Assembly: GCA_963845565.1 (NCBI GenBank)
Contig: CAWJSJ010000005.1
Coordinates: 32,001-96,000, forward strand
Length of the DNA: 64,000 bases
Direction of reading: 5' to 3'
Origin: an uncultured Methylomirabilota bacterium
GTDB taxonomy: Bacteria > Methylomirabilota > Methylomirabilia > Methylomirabilales > 2-02-FULL-66-22
This document shows, one piece after another, positions 49,894-62,460 of the stretch; positions within the stretch are counted from its first letter, which is position 1, and the number at the start of each line of letters is the position of its first letter. The position numbers and the translations under genes are program-made. A model generated the notes under the pieces. The model ran no database searches. It was not told where the DNA came from and saw only the letters and a list, made by a program, of their open reading frames with translations.

Positions 49894-50449
49894 ATGTGCA
49901 GATCGCGTCTCTTATTCCTGTTGGCGATGATATTGTTGGTGTCCTCCTGCGCGTCGCCGCGATTCATGAAACCGACGACGACGTCGTTGCAGCCGACCGA
50001 GGGAAAGGCAGTTGGTGCGGTTGTTGTTCCGCGGACCGGCGGGTACCTTTGGGCTGGTGAGACGTTTCTGGGGACTGGGTGGCGATCAGCCCAGTTCGAC
50101 TACCACGCGAGTCCCGGGAAGCATATCTTCTTCATGACCGCGGAGAACAAAGCCTTCCTGGAGGCTGACCTGGACGGCGGCAAGACGTATTACATCGTCG
50201 GGCGAGTCTGGTCAGGGTGCCTGGCGACATGCGGGTCGGCCTGGTGGCCGTGAATCGGGGAGGCGAGTACTGGGAAAAGGTCAACGAGTGGGAGCAGAGC
50301 CTCACGCGATACGCGCTCGACCCCGACGCGTTGGCGAAATATGAGGCGGAACACAAAGACGAGCATGCGGGCGCTGCTCGCCGAGTATGAGCGAACCGTG
50401 GAAACACGAGTATGGCTGGCCGAAGTTGAACCGGGAGGACGGCAGGTAA
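49894..50449 (+). pseudogene. Lipoprotein (DUF2846-like) with several frameshifts
   Basis: Lipobox VSSC; PGKHIF..AEN..FLEADLDGGKTYY. The reading continues after shifts near 50225, 50364 and 50398 to ...LNREDGR*. Confidence 0.55.
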
Positions 50450-50562
50450 CTGAAATAAGTAAAGGGCGTCCCCTATACGTGCGAAGGTGAAAACACCACG
50501 AGCGCCGAGGGGATCCCCGACGCTCGTGCAGGAACTCCGTCGCGGTAGCGTGTTGGCCCCGG

Positions 50563-50868
50563 TCACGCGGGCGGGTACTCGATCCGAAACCGAGGGACAG
50601 TCTCCTTGATCATGGCGGCGAACCATTGGGCCGTTTCGGCCCGTTCTTTGCGGAGGCGCTCGGTCTCGACCTGGAGCCTCCGGACCTCTTCGCGCAATTC
50701 CTCACAATTCTGCTGGAATCGCTCGCATTCCTTCTGGGCAGCCTCCGCCACCACCTTGAACTGGCTGCGCTCGCGCAGAACCTGGCGAATCCTCTCGAAG
50801 GCTGCCGGACTTTCTTCCATCCACCGAATTGCCCGCTCCCCCTCTGGTCCCACCATCACACTTGTCAT
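50563..50868 (-). CDS. Small coiled-coil hypothetical protein
   Basis: Heptad-rich E/R sequence; GGGGAGAG RBS before ATG at 50868. Confidence 0.55.
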   Translation of the reverse strand: MTSVMVGPEGERAIRWMEESPAAFERIRQVLRERSQFKVVAEAAQKECERFQQNCEELREEVRRLQVETERLRKERAETAQWFAAMIKETVPRFRIEYPPA

Positions 50869-51472
50869 GGGTCGCTCTCCCCGGCGTTTCGTTTCCTGAT
50901 GCTGATCGTGGGTGGTGACGCCTCTGGAACACTGATATCTCCAGGCAAGGTAGCCCACCACTAGAGGGGCGCAGGCGAGGAGCATCAGGGTGATGAACGA
51001 GGGCATCTGCGCCCTGCCTCCCAGCGGCGCGCGGACTACTTGCGGTGCCGTCTCCAGACGGTGTCACCTGGGGCCAGAGCGACCTCCCGCGCCAAGGGGA
51101 GGAGGCCGTCATGGCACACTGCCCCTTTTGGACAGAGTCCTGTTTATGACCAAGAGCATAGAACGTGCCTAGCTATTGGACATTACGACGTGCTGACCCT
51201 CGTCTTTGCATCATCCAGAATGGTGGCACGCAGTTGCAGTACAGTGGGTCTGGCGGGGTATCGGGAGGACGCATTCGTGCCGGGGCGGAAAGTGTAAGGT
51301 CGGCCGACGGTCGGGGCAGCGGCAACTGGACCGGAGCGCGGCGGCGACGCGCGCGCGCACGCCACGATCCGGCGCAGCTCGCGGTCACGGCCTCCTCGCG
51401 AACTGCACGATTGTCCGTGGGCTGGGCGCGTCGCTGTGGTAGACTGCTTCCGGTCGCAGATACGAGGTCGCC

Positions 51473-51862
51473 ATGACTGAGGGACGGGACAGGCGTGCGG
51501 TGCCGCGCACGACGTTGGCCGAGCATCCCGCCGTGCACGTGCAGGGCATGCACGAGGTGCGCCTTCTCGACCTCAGCCTCATGGGCGCACAGATCGAGCA
51601 CCTCGACCTCTTCCACCTCAGCGCGTCCTGCGCCCTCGACTTCCCGCCCCCGTTCGGGGCGCTGACCCTTCCCGCCCAGGTGGTCTGGTGTGCAGTGATC
51701 GGGCGACAGCGCAAGCTCGGGGGCTCGGCGCATCTCGTGGCGCGGAGTGGCCTTCGGTTCACTCGGCTCACCGGGGCGCAGCACACGACCCTCGCCGACA
51801 CCCTGCGACACCTTGCGGCCACGCGGCACCCCGGCGTTGACAGCCAGCAGCGGTCGGCGTAG
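51473..51862 (+). CDS. PilZ domain protein, paralog 3
   Basis: RRAVPR, DLSLMGA, AQVVWC, SGLRF; GAGG RBS. Confidence 0.8.
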   Translation: MTEGRDRRAVPRTTLAEHPAVHVQGMHEVRLLDLSLMGAQIEHLDLFHLSASCALDFPPPFGALTLPAQVVWCAVIGRQRKLGGSAHLVARSGLRFTRLTGAQHTTLADTLRHLAATRHPGVDSQQRSA

Positions 51863-52227
51863 CGTCGTCCTACCCTTCTCCGCCTGATCCGGTGTTCCGG
51901 TTGGGGCGCTGACCACTCGTGGCCCATCGGCCACCGTCCCTGATATAAAGCGCACACCTTTCGTAATGAGGGACCCTTAACTTATTTAACTTATACGTAG
52001 AAATACACGGGAACCCGCCAGGGTGGGAAAGGATCTCTTCGCGATGTCTCCCGCGGTGGGGCCCTGCCTCACGCCCTCGGGATGCCCGCCGGCGGGCTCC
52101 GCGGGAACACCTCTCGCCGGATCACATGCGGGCGGCAGTGGAGCGGCTAGCAGTGGAAGTGGCACCCAGAGTGGCACCAAGGGATTTGGAGGAAATCCCG
52201 GCGATGGCGTAACTGCAGAAGAACAAA

Positions 52228-52303
52228 TGGTGACCCGGCTGGGAATCGAACCCAGAACACCCGGCTTAAAAGGCCGGTACTCTGCCAATTGAGCTACCGG
52301 GTC
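52228..52303 (-). tRNA. tRNA-Lys(TTT)
   Basis: GACCCGG TAGCTCAATTGGCAGAGT A CCGGC CTTTTAA GCCGG ... GGGTTCGATTCCC ... CCGGGTC ACCA; 76 nt with encoded CCA. Confidence 0.95.
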
Positions 52304-52367
52304 ATATTCGAGGCGTTGCGGACGAACACTCGGCGGTCAACCGCGGACGCATTATACCTTCTCGCCC

Positions 52368-52488
52368 AAGAATGACCAATGACAAACGACCAATGACGGA
52401 TCGCCAAAAAAACAAGGACCATTGACCAATCACTGAAGGTGTCGCGCGATGCCGGCACACGGTCATTCGTCAATCGTCAATCATCAGT
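52368..52488. repeat. Inverted pair of degenerate 7-mer repeats (AATGACC / GTCATT)
   Basis: AATGACCAATGACAAACGACCAATGAC...GGTCATTCGTCAATCGTCAATCATCAGT. Confidence 0.65.
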
Positions 52489-52494
52489 GACGGC

Positions 52495-55138
<2,644 letters not shown>

Positions 55139-55180
55139 GACGGATCACATTCCAAAGACGAGTGCCAAAAGACCAAGGGC

Positions 55181-55256
55181 GCGAGCCGCGAGCCGCGAAC
55201 TATGAGCTACGAGCCGAGAGCCGCGAGCCGAGAGCCACGAACTGTGGGCCGCGAGC
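55181..55256. repeat. Degenerate 7-mer tandem repeat (GCGAGCC), about 11 units
   Basis: GCGAGCC GCGAGCC GCGAACT ATGAGCT ACGAGCC GAGAGCC GCGAGCC GAGAGCC ACGAACT... Confidence 0.75.
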
Positions 55257-55297
55257 AGAATAGCACATACCTGGCTGCCGAGCCAGCCGTCGAAGGG

Positions 55298-56908
55298 CTA
55301 CACGTGGACCAGCTTGGCGTACACGATATTCGGGATCCGTCGGATCTTGTCGAGCACCGGCCGGGGGATCGGGTCGTCCACGTTGACGACCGACACGGCG
55401 CGGCCGCCCCGCTGTTGCCGTCCGAGCTGCATTCCGGCGATGTTCACGTTGTTCTGGCCCAAGAGCGTGCCGATTCTGCCTATGACCCCAGGGACGTCCA
55501 TGTTGGAATAAATCAACAAGAGACCGTCCAGGACCGCCTCCACCCGGAAGCCGTCCAGTTCCACCAGCCGGGGATCCTGCTGGCTGTACAGGGTTCCCGC
55601 CACGTCAGTCCGCTTCTGGTCGGTGACGAGCGTCACCGAGACCAGGCTGGCGAAATCCGTCAGTTCGGTGGACTTGCTCTCCACCACCCGCACGCCCCGC
55701 ACCTTGGTGATGGCCAGGGCGTTGATCGTGTTGACGGCGTCGTGCATCGGCTCCAGCACGCCCTTCACGGTGGCCGCCGTCAGCGGCGAGCAGTCCAGGG
55801 CGGCGATATCGCCGCGGAACGCCAAGCGAATCTCGGCCAGTCGTCCCTCGGAAAGCTGCGTGGCCAACCGCCCCAGTTTCTCGCCCAGAGCCAGGTAGGG
55901 CTGTAGCTTCCGCAGAACCTCCAGGGGGACCGACGGCGCGTTGACCGCGTTCCGGATGATGCCCTTCTGCAGGAAGTCGATCACCTGCTGGGCGATCTCC
56001 ACAGCCACCGCTTCCTGTGCCTCCTCGCTGGCAGCGCCCAGGTGCGGCGTCGAAATGAAGGTGGGCAGCGCGAAGAGCGGGCTGTCCGTGGTCGGCTCCG
56101 TGGCAAAGACGTCCAGCGCGGCGCCCGCCACCTTGCCGCTCGCGAGGGCATCGTGGAGGTCTGCCTCGTTCACGATGCCCCCCCGGGCGCAGTTCACGAT
56201 CCGGACACCGTCTTTCATCTGGGCGATGGCGGGGGCGGAGATGAGGTCCTTGGTTTCTTTCGTCCCGGGGACGTGGATGGTGATGAAGTCCGCCTGCCGA
56301 TACAGGTCCGGGAGATCCACCAGTTCCACACCCATGGCCTCGGCCCGCTCGGCGCTGACGTAGGGGTCATGGACCAGGATCCGCAGGTTGAAGGCCTTGG
56401 CCCGCTTGGCGACCTCGCTGCCGATCCGCCCCAGGCCGATGATGCCCAACGCTTTGCCGGAGAGTTCGGTGCTGAGGAACCGCCCCTTCTCCCACTTGCC
56501 CGCCCTCATGGAGGCCGCTGCCTGCGGGATATTCTTGACGAGGCTGAGGAGCATGGAGAGGGTATGCTCGGCGGCGCTGATGGCGTTGCCCCCCGGGGTG
56601 TTCATCACAACCACACCCCGCGCGGTGGCTGCCTCCAAGTCCACGTTGTCCACGCCGACCCCGGCGCGACCGACGACTTTCAGTTGCGGCGCGCCGGCGA
56701 GCAGATCCGCCGTGACCCGGCTGGCGCTCCGGACGATCAGGGCGTCGGCGGTTCGACATGCCTCCCGCAGAGCGGCCGCGTCCAGGTCGTCCTGGACCAG
56801 GACGTCGAAGCCGGGCGTCTCCCGCAGCAGGTCCACACCCCGTTGGGCCAAATGGTCGGTGACCAGGACCCGTGCACGCGGGCCTGGCAGTTCGTATTGG
56901 CCGGTCAT
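55298..56908 (-). CDS. serA: D-3-phosphoglycerate dehydrogenase (with ASB and ACT domains)
   Basis: GRAGVGVDN, GLGRIG, NCARGG, TPHLGAS, C-terminal DVPGVIG..G..LG...VNIA.M. Confidence 0.95.
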   Translation of the reverse strand: MTGQYELPGPRARVLVTDHLAQRGVDLLRETPGFDVLVQDDLDAAALREACRTADALIVRSASRVTADLLAGAPQLKVVGRAGVGVDNVDLEAATARGVVVMNTPGGNAISAAEHTLSMLLSLVKNIPQAAASMRAGKWEKGRFLSTELSGKALGIIGLGRIGSEVAKRAKAFNLRILVHDPYVSAERAEAMGVELVDLPDLYRQADFITIHVPGTKETKDLISAPAIAQMKDGVRIVNCARGGIVNEADLHDALASGKVAGAALDVFATEPTTDSPLFALPTFISTPHLGAASEEAQEAVAVEIAQQVIDFLQKGIIRNAVNAPSVPLEVLRKLQPYLALGEKLGRLATQLSEGRLAEIRLAFRGDIAALDCSPLTAATVKGVLEPMHDAVNTINALAITKVRGVRVVESKSTELTDFASLVSVTLVTDQKRTDVAGTLYSQQDPRLVELDGFRVEAVLDGLLLIYSNMDVPGVIGRIGTLLGQNNVNIAGMQLGRQQRGGRAVSVVNVDDPIPRPVLDKIRRIPNIVYAKLVHV

Positions 56909-56959
56909 GTGTCCCCTCGCGTTCCCCTGCGCGGGCGTAGCGCCCGTGCTCTCCGTTTA

Positions 56960-57005
56960 GGAGCCGTTACGAAATACCTCGTCCACTTATTCTTCGACAA
57001 CGGCT
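56960..57005. mobile_element. MITE-like repeat family B, short copy
   Basis: TA|GGAGCCGTTACGAAATAC...TTCGACAACGGCT|TA, overlapping the aminotransferase stop. Confidence 0.7.
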
Positions 57006-58132
57006 TACGCCCGGAGGATTTCTTCGGCGGCGCGGATCCCTGCGCCGAGTGTCACCGGATGACCGAGATCGGCCAGGACCATTTCCAGGCCTCCCAGAGC
57101 GGTCAGGACATCGAAGGCGTCGACATAGCCCATGTGGGAGATCCGAAACATCGCGCCCTTCATGCTGCCCTGGCCGCCGGCGATGGTGATGCCCCGCTTG
57201 GCCATTCCCTTCACGACGGCGCCGCCGTCGGTCCTGCCGGGGGCCTTGACCGCGGTGCAGGCTGCCCCGGGCTGCGCTGCGAACAGCGTCAGCCCCAGGG
57301 CCTGGACGCCTGCCCGAGTGGCGCGGGCCAGGCGGTCGTGCCGGGCGAAGACGTTCGGAAGCCCTTCCGCCAAAATGAGGCGCAGCGACTCGCGAAGCCC
57401 CACGACGAGCGAGACGGCCGGCGTGTAGGCGCTCTGGTTCTCGGCGATCGCCTTGCGTTCTCTGGCGAAGTTGAAATAGAACTTGGGCAGACGGGCCTCC
57501 GGCACCCGAGCCCAGGCCTTGTCGGACAGGGCGGCAAAGGCCAAGCCCGGCGGCAGCATCAGGGCTTTCTGGGAACCGGACACCACGACGTCCACCCCCC
57601 AGGCGTCCATGGGCAGATCCATCACGCCCAGACTGGTGATGGCGTCCACCACCAGGAGTGCGCCCGTCTCGCGGACGATGCCGGCGAGGGCTTGGACGTC
57701 GTGGACCGCCCCGGTGGATGTCTCGCTCTGGGTGGCAAAGACGGCTTTGCTGTCAGGCGCTTCCCGGAGGGCGGCGGCGACGGCCGCCGGCATGACGCTC
57801 TTGCCGTAGGGGACATCGACGGGCACCACGCGCAGGCCGTACGCCTGGCAGATCTCCGCCCACCGCTCCCCGAACTTCCCGCCCTGGACGACGATCACCT
57901 GGTCGCCGGGGGAGAGGGTGTTCACCACCGCCCCTTCCATGGCGCCCGTCCCCGAGGCCGCGAACATCAGGACCTCGTTCTTGCACTGAAAGAGCAGCCG
58001 AAGGTCCCGGCGCACGTCCGCGAAGAGCGCCTCATACGCCGGCGTCCGGTGATGGATCATGGGCTGCGCCATGGCCAGCAAGACGACGGGCGGAACGGGC
58101 GTGGGGCCCGGGGCGAGCAAATACTGTTTCAT
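57005..58132 (-). CDS. Class V PLP aminotransferase (serine-pyruvate type; probably the phosphoserine aminotransferase by context)
   Basis: PGPTP, SGTGAMEG, GKFGERW, SETSTG, VDAITS, GSQKALMLPPG, FRISHMG; upstream of serA. Confidence 0.9.
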   Translation of the reverse strand: MKQYLLAPGPTPVPPVVLLAMAQPMIHHRTPAYEALFADVRRDLRLLFQCKNEVLMFAASGTGAMEGAVVNTLSPGDQVIVVQGGKFGERWAEICQAYGLRVVPVDVPYGKSVMPAAVAAALREAPDSKAVFATQSETSTGAVHDVQALAGIVRETGALLVVDAITSLGVMDLPMDAWGVDVVVSGSQKALMLPPGLAFAALSDKAWARVPEARLPKFYFNFARERKAIAENQSAYTPAVSLVVGLRESLRLILAEGLPNVFARHDRLARATRAGVQALGLTLFAAQPGAACTAVKAPGRTDGGAVVKGMAKRGITIAGGQGSMKGAMFRISHMGYVDAFDVLTALGGLEMVLADLGHPVTLGAGIRAAEEILRA

Positions 58133-58197
58133 GAGCGAACCCCCTTCCTCTGGCGTGGGCGTGCGGGGAAGGCCCGGATCGCGGGGCAGGCCAGACG

Positions 58198-58289
58198 AAA
58201 AAACCCGGCCGCAATATGGCGCCGGGATGGGAATCGGCTGAAGACGGTCAACCGCTGCGGACTATAGCCAGCGTGCCTGGGCGTGTCAA
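58198..58289 (-). promoter_or_regulatory. Promoter and leader terminator-like hairpin of the aminotransferase-serA-hisZ-purA operon
   Basis: Minus strand TTGACA-17nt-TATAGT, then CCCGGC..GCCGGG-TTTTTT before the RBS. Confidence 0.55.
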
Positions 58290-58389
58290 GGCGAATCCCC
58301 GACCATCGGCCATGCGACCATCGCGGGGCCGGCGTGCGGGCTTGTGGTCGGATGGGGACCTGTGTTAGGGTCCGCCGGATTGACGGAGA

Positions 58390-58522
58390 AGCGATCAGGC
58401 AACTCGGCAACCAGGCAATTTGACAATCAGGCGAACAGGCAATTCGGCGACCCCGGGGTTTGGGTCGACCCCTAGTTGCGCAATCGCCAAATTGCCCACT
58501 CGCCCACTCGCCCAGTTGCCAG
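58390..58522. repeat. Inverted pair of degenerate 8-mer repeats (GGCAAnnn / TTGCCnnn)
   Basis: GGCAACTC GGCAACCA GGCAATTT GACAATCA GGCGAACA GGCAATTC...TTGCCCAC TCGCCCAC TCGCCCAG TTGCC. Confidence 0.7.
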
Positions 58523-58546
58523 TTCTTGTCGGAATAGGAGTCGGCA

Positions 58547-59428
58547 GTGGTCGAGCCGAATCGCTGGCGTGGCGTGGTGATGATCGTGGGGGCGGCCACC
58601 TGCTGGGGAGCGATGGCGGCGGTGATCAAGCTCCTCTTCCGCGACCGGGGGGTCGACCCGTTGCTCCTGGTCGTGATCCGGGCCTACCTGGCCACACTCA
58701 TCCTCTTCGCCGGATTAGCGATCATCGCACCCACCCGGCTGCGGATCAGCAGGGGAGGGCTTCGCGCTGCCGCACTGGTCGGCATCGGCGGCTTGCTCAC
58801 CAACAACTATCTCTACTTCCAGGCCATCCATCTGACCAGTGTGGCGATGGCGCTGCTCTTGCAGTATCAGGCACCCGTCCTGGTGGCGATCTATGGTGCG
58901 CTGGTGAGTCGGAAGCGCATCTCGCTTCGGCTGGGCCTGTCCCTGCTCCTGACCGTCCTCGGGTGCGCGTTGGTGGTGCGGATCTATGACCCGGCGGCGA
59001 TTCGCCTGAACCTGGTGGGTGTCCTGGCTGGTCTGGGGACGGCGTTCAGCTTTGCCTTCTACATTCTGGCCAGTCGTGCGGCACTCAAGACCACGGGGTC
59101 GTGGACGCTGGTGGCGTACGGGTACCTGGCGGCCAGCCTGGCCTGGCTGCCGGTCGTCCCACCATGGCGGATCCTGGAGGTGGGTTTTCCTCTGGAGACC
59201 TGGGGCGGGTTCCTGGCGGTCGCGACCGTCGGGACGGTCATCCCCTTCGGTCTCTTCATCGGCGGGTTAGCCTATCTCCCGCCGGCGCCCGCCAGCATCC
59301 TGGCGATGCTGGAACCCGTGGTGGCAGCCGTCGCGGCGTACCTCATTCTGGGGGAGACCCTGCTGCCCCTCCAGATCCTCGGGGGGCTTCTGGTCCTGGC
59401 CGGGGTCGCGGTGGTGGAGCGATCCTGA
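58547..59428 (+). CDS. EamA/DMT family transporter
   Basis: About ten TM segments, LLQYQAP, ASILAMLEPVVAA, LILGE. Confidence 0.88.
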   Translation: MVEPNRWRGVVMIVGAATCWGAMAAVIKLLFRDRGVDPLLLVVIRAYLATLILFAGLAIIAPTRLRISRGGLRAAALVGIGGLLTNNYLYFQAIHLTSVAMALLLQYQAPVLVAIYGALVSRKRISLRLGLSLLLTVLGCALVVRIYDPAAIRLNLVGVLAGLGTAFSFAFYILASRAALKTTGSWTLVAYGYLAASLAWLPVVPPWRILEVGFPLETWGGFLAVATVGTVIPFGLFIGGLAYLPPAPASILAMLEPVVAAVAAYLILGETLLPLQILGGLLVLAGVAVVERS

Positions 59429-59601
59429 CCCGGTCCCGGCCGAGCCGTGGAGCGGTACACCTTGAGGCCCGGCGCCTCATGCCGAGCCGAGGCCGGGCTG
59501 TCCCGCGGGGCCCAGGCGGTGGGTGGTGGGCGCGTGTTGACAGGAGGCGGGTTCCCTGGTAGCTTCGCTACGCTCTCCCGATTTCCGAGATGGGTCTGAC
59601 G

Positions 59602-59625
59602 ACGCCCCGACCGGGGCGTTTTTTT
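59602..59625 (+). terminator. Intrinsic terminator-like hairpin upstream of ileS
   Basis: ACGCCCC-GACC-GGGGCGT followed by a T run. Confidence 0.6.
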
Positions 59626-59678
59626 GGTAGTGCCCGGCCCGTGCGGGGCCACGGGCCCTGTCGAGGGTAGAACGCGCC

Positions 59679-62459
59679 ATGGATTACAAGACCACCCTGA
59701 ACTTGCCCAAGACCGATTTTCCCATGAAGGCCAACCTCACCGAGCGGGAGCCGCAGCTCCTGCGCGAGTGGGAGGATATGGCGCTGTACGAGACGTTGCG
59801 GGAGATCCGGAAGGGCCGTCCACGCTGGGTCTTGCACGACGGACCCCCGTATGCCAACGGCCACATCCACATGGGGCACGCGCTGAACAAGATCCTGAAG
59901 GACATGATCGTCAAGTCCCGATCCATGTTCGGCTATGACGCGCCCTACGTGCCGGGCTGGGACTGCCACGGGCTGCCCATCGAGCACCAGGTGGACCGGG
60001 AGCTGGGGTCCAAGGCGCGCGAGGTGCCCATCCCCGAGAAGCGAAAGCTGTGCCGCGCCTACGCCCAGAAGTTCATCGACATCCAGCGGGAGGAGTTCAA
60101 GCGGCTGGGCGGCCTGGGGAGCTGGGGCGACCCGTATCGGACGATGGCGTTCCGGTACGAGGCGGATATCCTGCGCGAACTGGGGAAGTTCGTCGGCACG
60201 GGTGGGGTGTACCGCGGCCTGAAGCCGGTCCACTGGTGCACCTCGTGTCTCACGGCGCTGGCCGAGGCCGAGGTGGAGTACGAGGACGACCGCTCCCCCT
60301 CGGTCTACGTGGCGTTTCCGCTGACGTCGGACCCGACCGGACTGGATCCGGCGCTGGCCGGCCGCCCGGTGTCGGTGGCGATCTGGACCACCACGCCCTG
60401 GACGCTCCCGGCCAATCTGGCCATCGTGGTGCATCCCGAGGAGGAGTATGTCGTCGTCCGGACGGGCGATCGGTACCTCCTGCTGGCCGCCAAGCTCCTG
60501 GACGAGACCGTCAGGAAGTGTCGGCTGGTCTCGCCGGAGGTCGTCTGCCGGGTGCCGGGTGCGCGCCTGGAGGGCCTCCAGGCGAAGCACCCCTGGATCG
60601 ACCGACCGTCGCCGATCTTCGCCGCCGGGTACGTCACCATGGACCAGGGGACCGGCTGCGTCCATACGGCGCCGGGCCACGGTGCGGATGACTACGAGAC
60701 CGGGGTGAAACACGGCCTCCCGGTCTACAACCCGGTGGACGATCACGGCCGATTCATCCCCGAGGTCGAGCACTTCGCCGGCATGGCCGTCTGGGAGGCA
60801 AATGCGGCGATCATCGCCAAGCTCAAGGCGGACGGGACGCTGCTCCACGCCGAGGAGTTCCAGCACTCGTATCCGCACTGCTGGCGCTGCAAGAAGCCCG
60901 TGCTGTTCCGGGCGACCAACCAGTGGTTCATCTCCATGGAGAAGAACGGCTTCCGGGAGCGCGCACTGGCGGCCATCCGGCAGGTGCAGTGGATTCCGAC
61001 CTGGGGCGAGGAACGGATCTACGGCATGATCGCCAACCGCCCCGACTGGTGCATCTCGCGCCAGCGGGCGTGGGGCGTTCCCATCGCCGTCTTCTATTGC
61101 GGGAAGTGCAACGCGCTGCTCGCCGAGCAGCGGCTGGTGGAGCACGTGGCGTCCCTGATGGACCGGGAAGGCGCCGACGTGTGGTTCGCGCGGCCGGCGA
61201 AGGAACTTGTCCCGCCGGGCACGCGGTGCGCGAAATGCGGCCACGACGACTTCAAGAAGGAAACCGACATCCTCGACGTCTGGTTCGATTCGGGCGTGAG
61301 CCAAGCGGCGGTGTTGCGCGTGCGGCCGGACCAGCACTGGCCGGCCGACCTGTATCTGGAAGGGAGCGACCAGCATCGCGGCTGGTTTCATTCCTCGCTC
61401 CTCGCCGCCGTCGGGGTGCAAGGCGGCCCGCCGTACAAGGCGGTGCTCACGCACGGCTTCGTGGTCGACGGCGACGGGCGGAAGATGTCCAAGTCCCAGG
61501 GGAACGTCATCGCTCCGCAACAGGTCATCGCCAAGCACGGGGCCGAGGTGCTGCGGCTCTGGGTGGCGGCGATGGACTACCGGGACGACATCCGCCTGTC
61601 CGAGGAGATTCTGACCCGGCTGGTGGAAGGCTACCGGCGGATCCGCAATACCTGCCGGTACCTGTTGGGGAACCTCGCCGATTTTGACCCGGCCAGGGAC
61701 GCGGTGCCGGCGGCCGACCTCCTGCCCATCGACCGGTTCATCCTCCACCGGCTGCAGCGGCTGGTCGAGCGGGTGCGCAAGGCCTATGAGGACTACGAGT
61801 TTCACATCCTCTACCACGGTCTGCACAATTTCTGCGCCGTGGACCTGTCCGCCTTCTATCTGGATGTCCTGAAGGACCGGCTCTACACCTCGGCGCCGAA
61901 ATCGCTGGTGCGCCGCTCGGCGCAGACGGCCCTGCACGAGATTCTGGTGAGCCTGGTGAAGCTGATGGCCCCGGTCCTCTCCTTCACGGCGGACGAGGTC
62001 TGGCGGCACATCCCGATCCCGGACCGACCGGCGAGCGTGCACCTGACCGAGTTTCCGGCCGGTCGCCCGGAGCTGGTGGACGAGCCGCTGGCCGCGGATT
62101 GGGAGCGCCTCCTCCAGGTCCGCGACGCGGTCCTGCGCGGTCTGGAGACGGCGCGGCAGGAGAAGCGCATCGGCAGCGCACAGGAGGCCGCCGTGGCACT
62201 CTCCGTCGCCGATGCGGACTTCGAGTTCCTGGCGGCACGGCGCGAAGAGTTGGAGACGATCTGCATCGTCTCCCGCTTGACGGTTGAGCGGGGTGCGGGG
62301 TCCGCCGCGGATTCCGCCATTGCGGTCCGGGTGGAACGGGCGCCGGGCGCGAAGTGCCCGCGGTGCTGGAATTACCGGGAGACGGTGGGGACCTCGGCGG
62401 CACATCCCAGTCTGTGCGGGCGGTGTGCCGGGGCCCTGGACGACCGGCCTATGGACTGA
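59679..62459 (+). CDS. ileS: Isoleucine--tRNA ligase (type 1)
   Basis: [43 protein letters not shown]-terminal Zn finger. Confidence 0.97.
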   Translation: MDYKTTLNLPKTDFPMKANLTEREPQLLREWEDMALYETLREIRKGRPRWVLHDGPPYANGHIHMGHALNKILKDMIVKSRSMFGYDAPYVPGWDCHGLPIEHQVDRELGSKAREVPIPEKRKLCRAYAQKFIDIQREEFKRLGGLGSWGDPYRTMAFRYEADILRELGKFVGTGGVYRGLKPVHWCTSCLTALAEAEVEYEDDRSPSVYVAFPLTSDPTGLDPALAGRPVSVAIWTTTPWTLPANLAIVVHPEEEYVVVRTGDRYLLLAAKLLDETVRKCRLVSPEVVCRVPGARLEGLQAKHPWIDRPSPIFAAGYVTMDQGTGCVHTAPGHGADDYETGVKHGLPVYNPVDDHGRFIPEVEHFAGMAVWEANAAIIAKLKADGTLLHAEEFQHSYPHCWRCKKPVLFRATNQWFISMEKNGFRERALAAIRQVQWIPTWGEERIYGMIANRPDWCISRQRAWGVPIAVFYCGKCNALLAEQRLVEHVASLMDREGADVWFARPAKELVPPGTRCAKCGHDDFKKETDILDVWFDSGVSQAAVLRVRPDQHWPADLYLEGSDQHRGWFHSSLLAAVGVQGGPPYKAVLTHGFVVDGDGRKMSKSQGNVIAPQQVIAKHGAEVLRLWVAAMDYRDDIRLSEEILTRLVEGYRRIRNTCRYLLGNLADFDPARDAVPAADLLPIDRFILHRLQRLVERVRKAYEDYEFHILYHGLHNFCAVDLSAFYLDVLKDRLYTSAPKSLVRRSAQTALHEILVSLVKLMAPVLSFTADEVWRHIPIPDRPASVHLTEFPAGRPELVDEPLAADWERLLQVRDAVLRGLETARQEKRIGSAQEAAVALSVADADFEFLAARREELETICIVSRLTVERGAGSAADSAIAVRVERAPGAKCPRCWNYRETVGTSAAHPSLCGRCAGALDDRPMD

Positions 62460-62460
62460 C

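Noticed and set aside
51976..52010. AT-rich TTAACTTAT x2 resembling a XerD arm (dif-like site)
   Set aside because: Only the XerD-like half is similar; there is no credible XerC arm.
43381..52227. Prophage or active ICE
   Set aside because: No integrase, phage structural, replication or conjugation genes, and no duplicated att core was found.
55181..55256. Tandem repeats as a possible CRISPR array
   Set aside because: Units are 7-9 bp with no unique spacers, and there are no cas genes in the window.
59570..59625. CTGACGA motif suggesting a hammerhead ribozyme or fluoride riboswitch
   Set aside because: No downstream GAAA core and no matching 5' pseudoknot segment.
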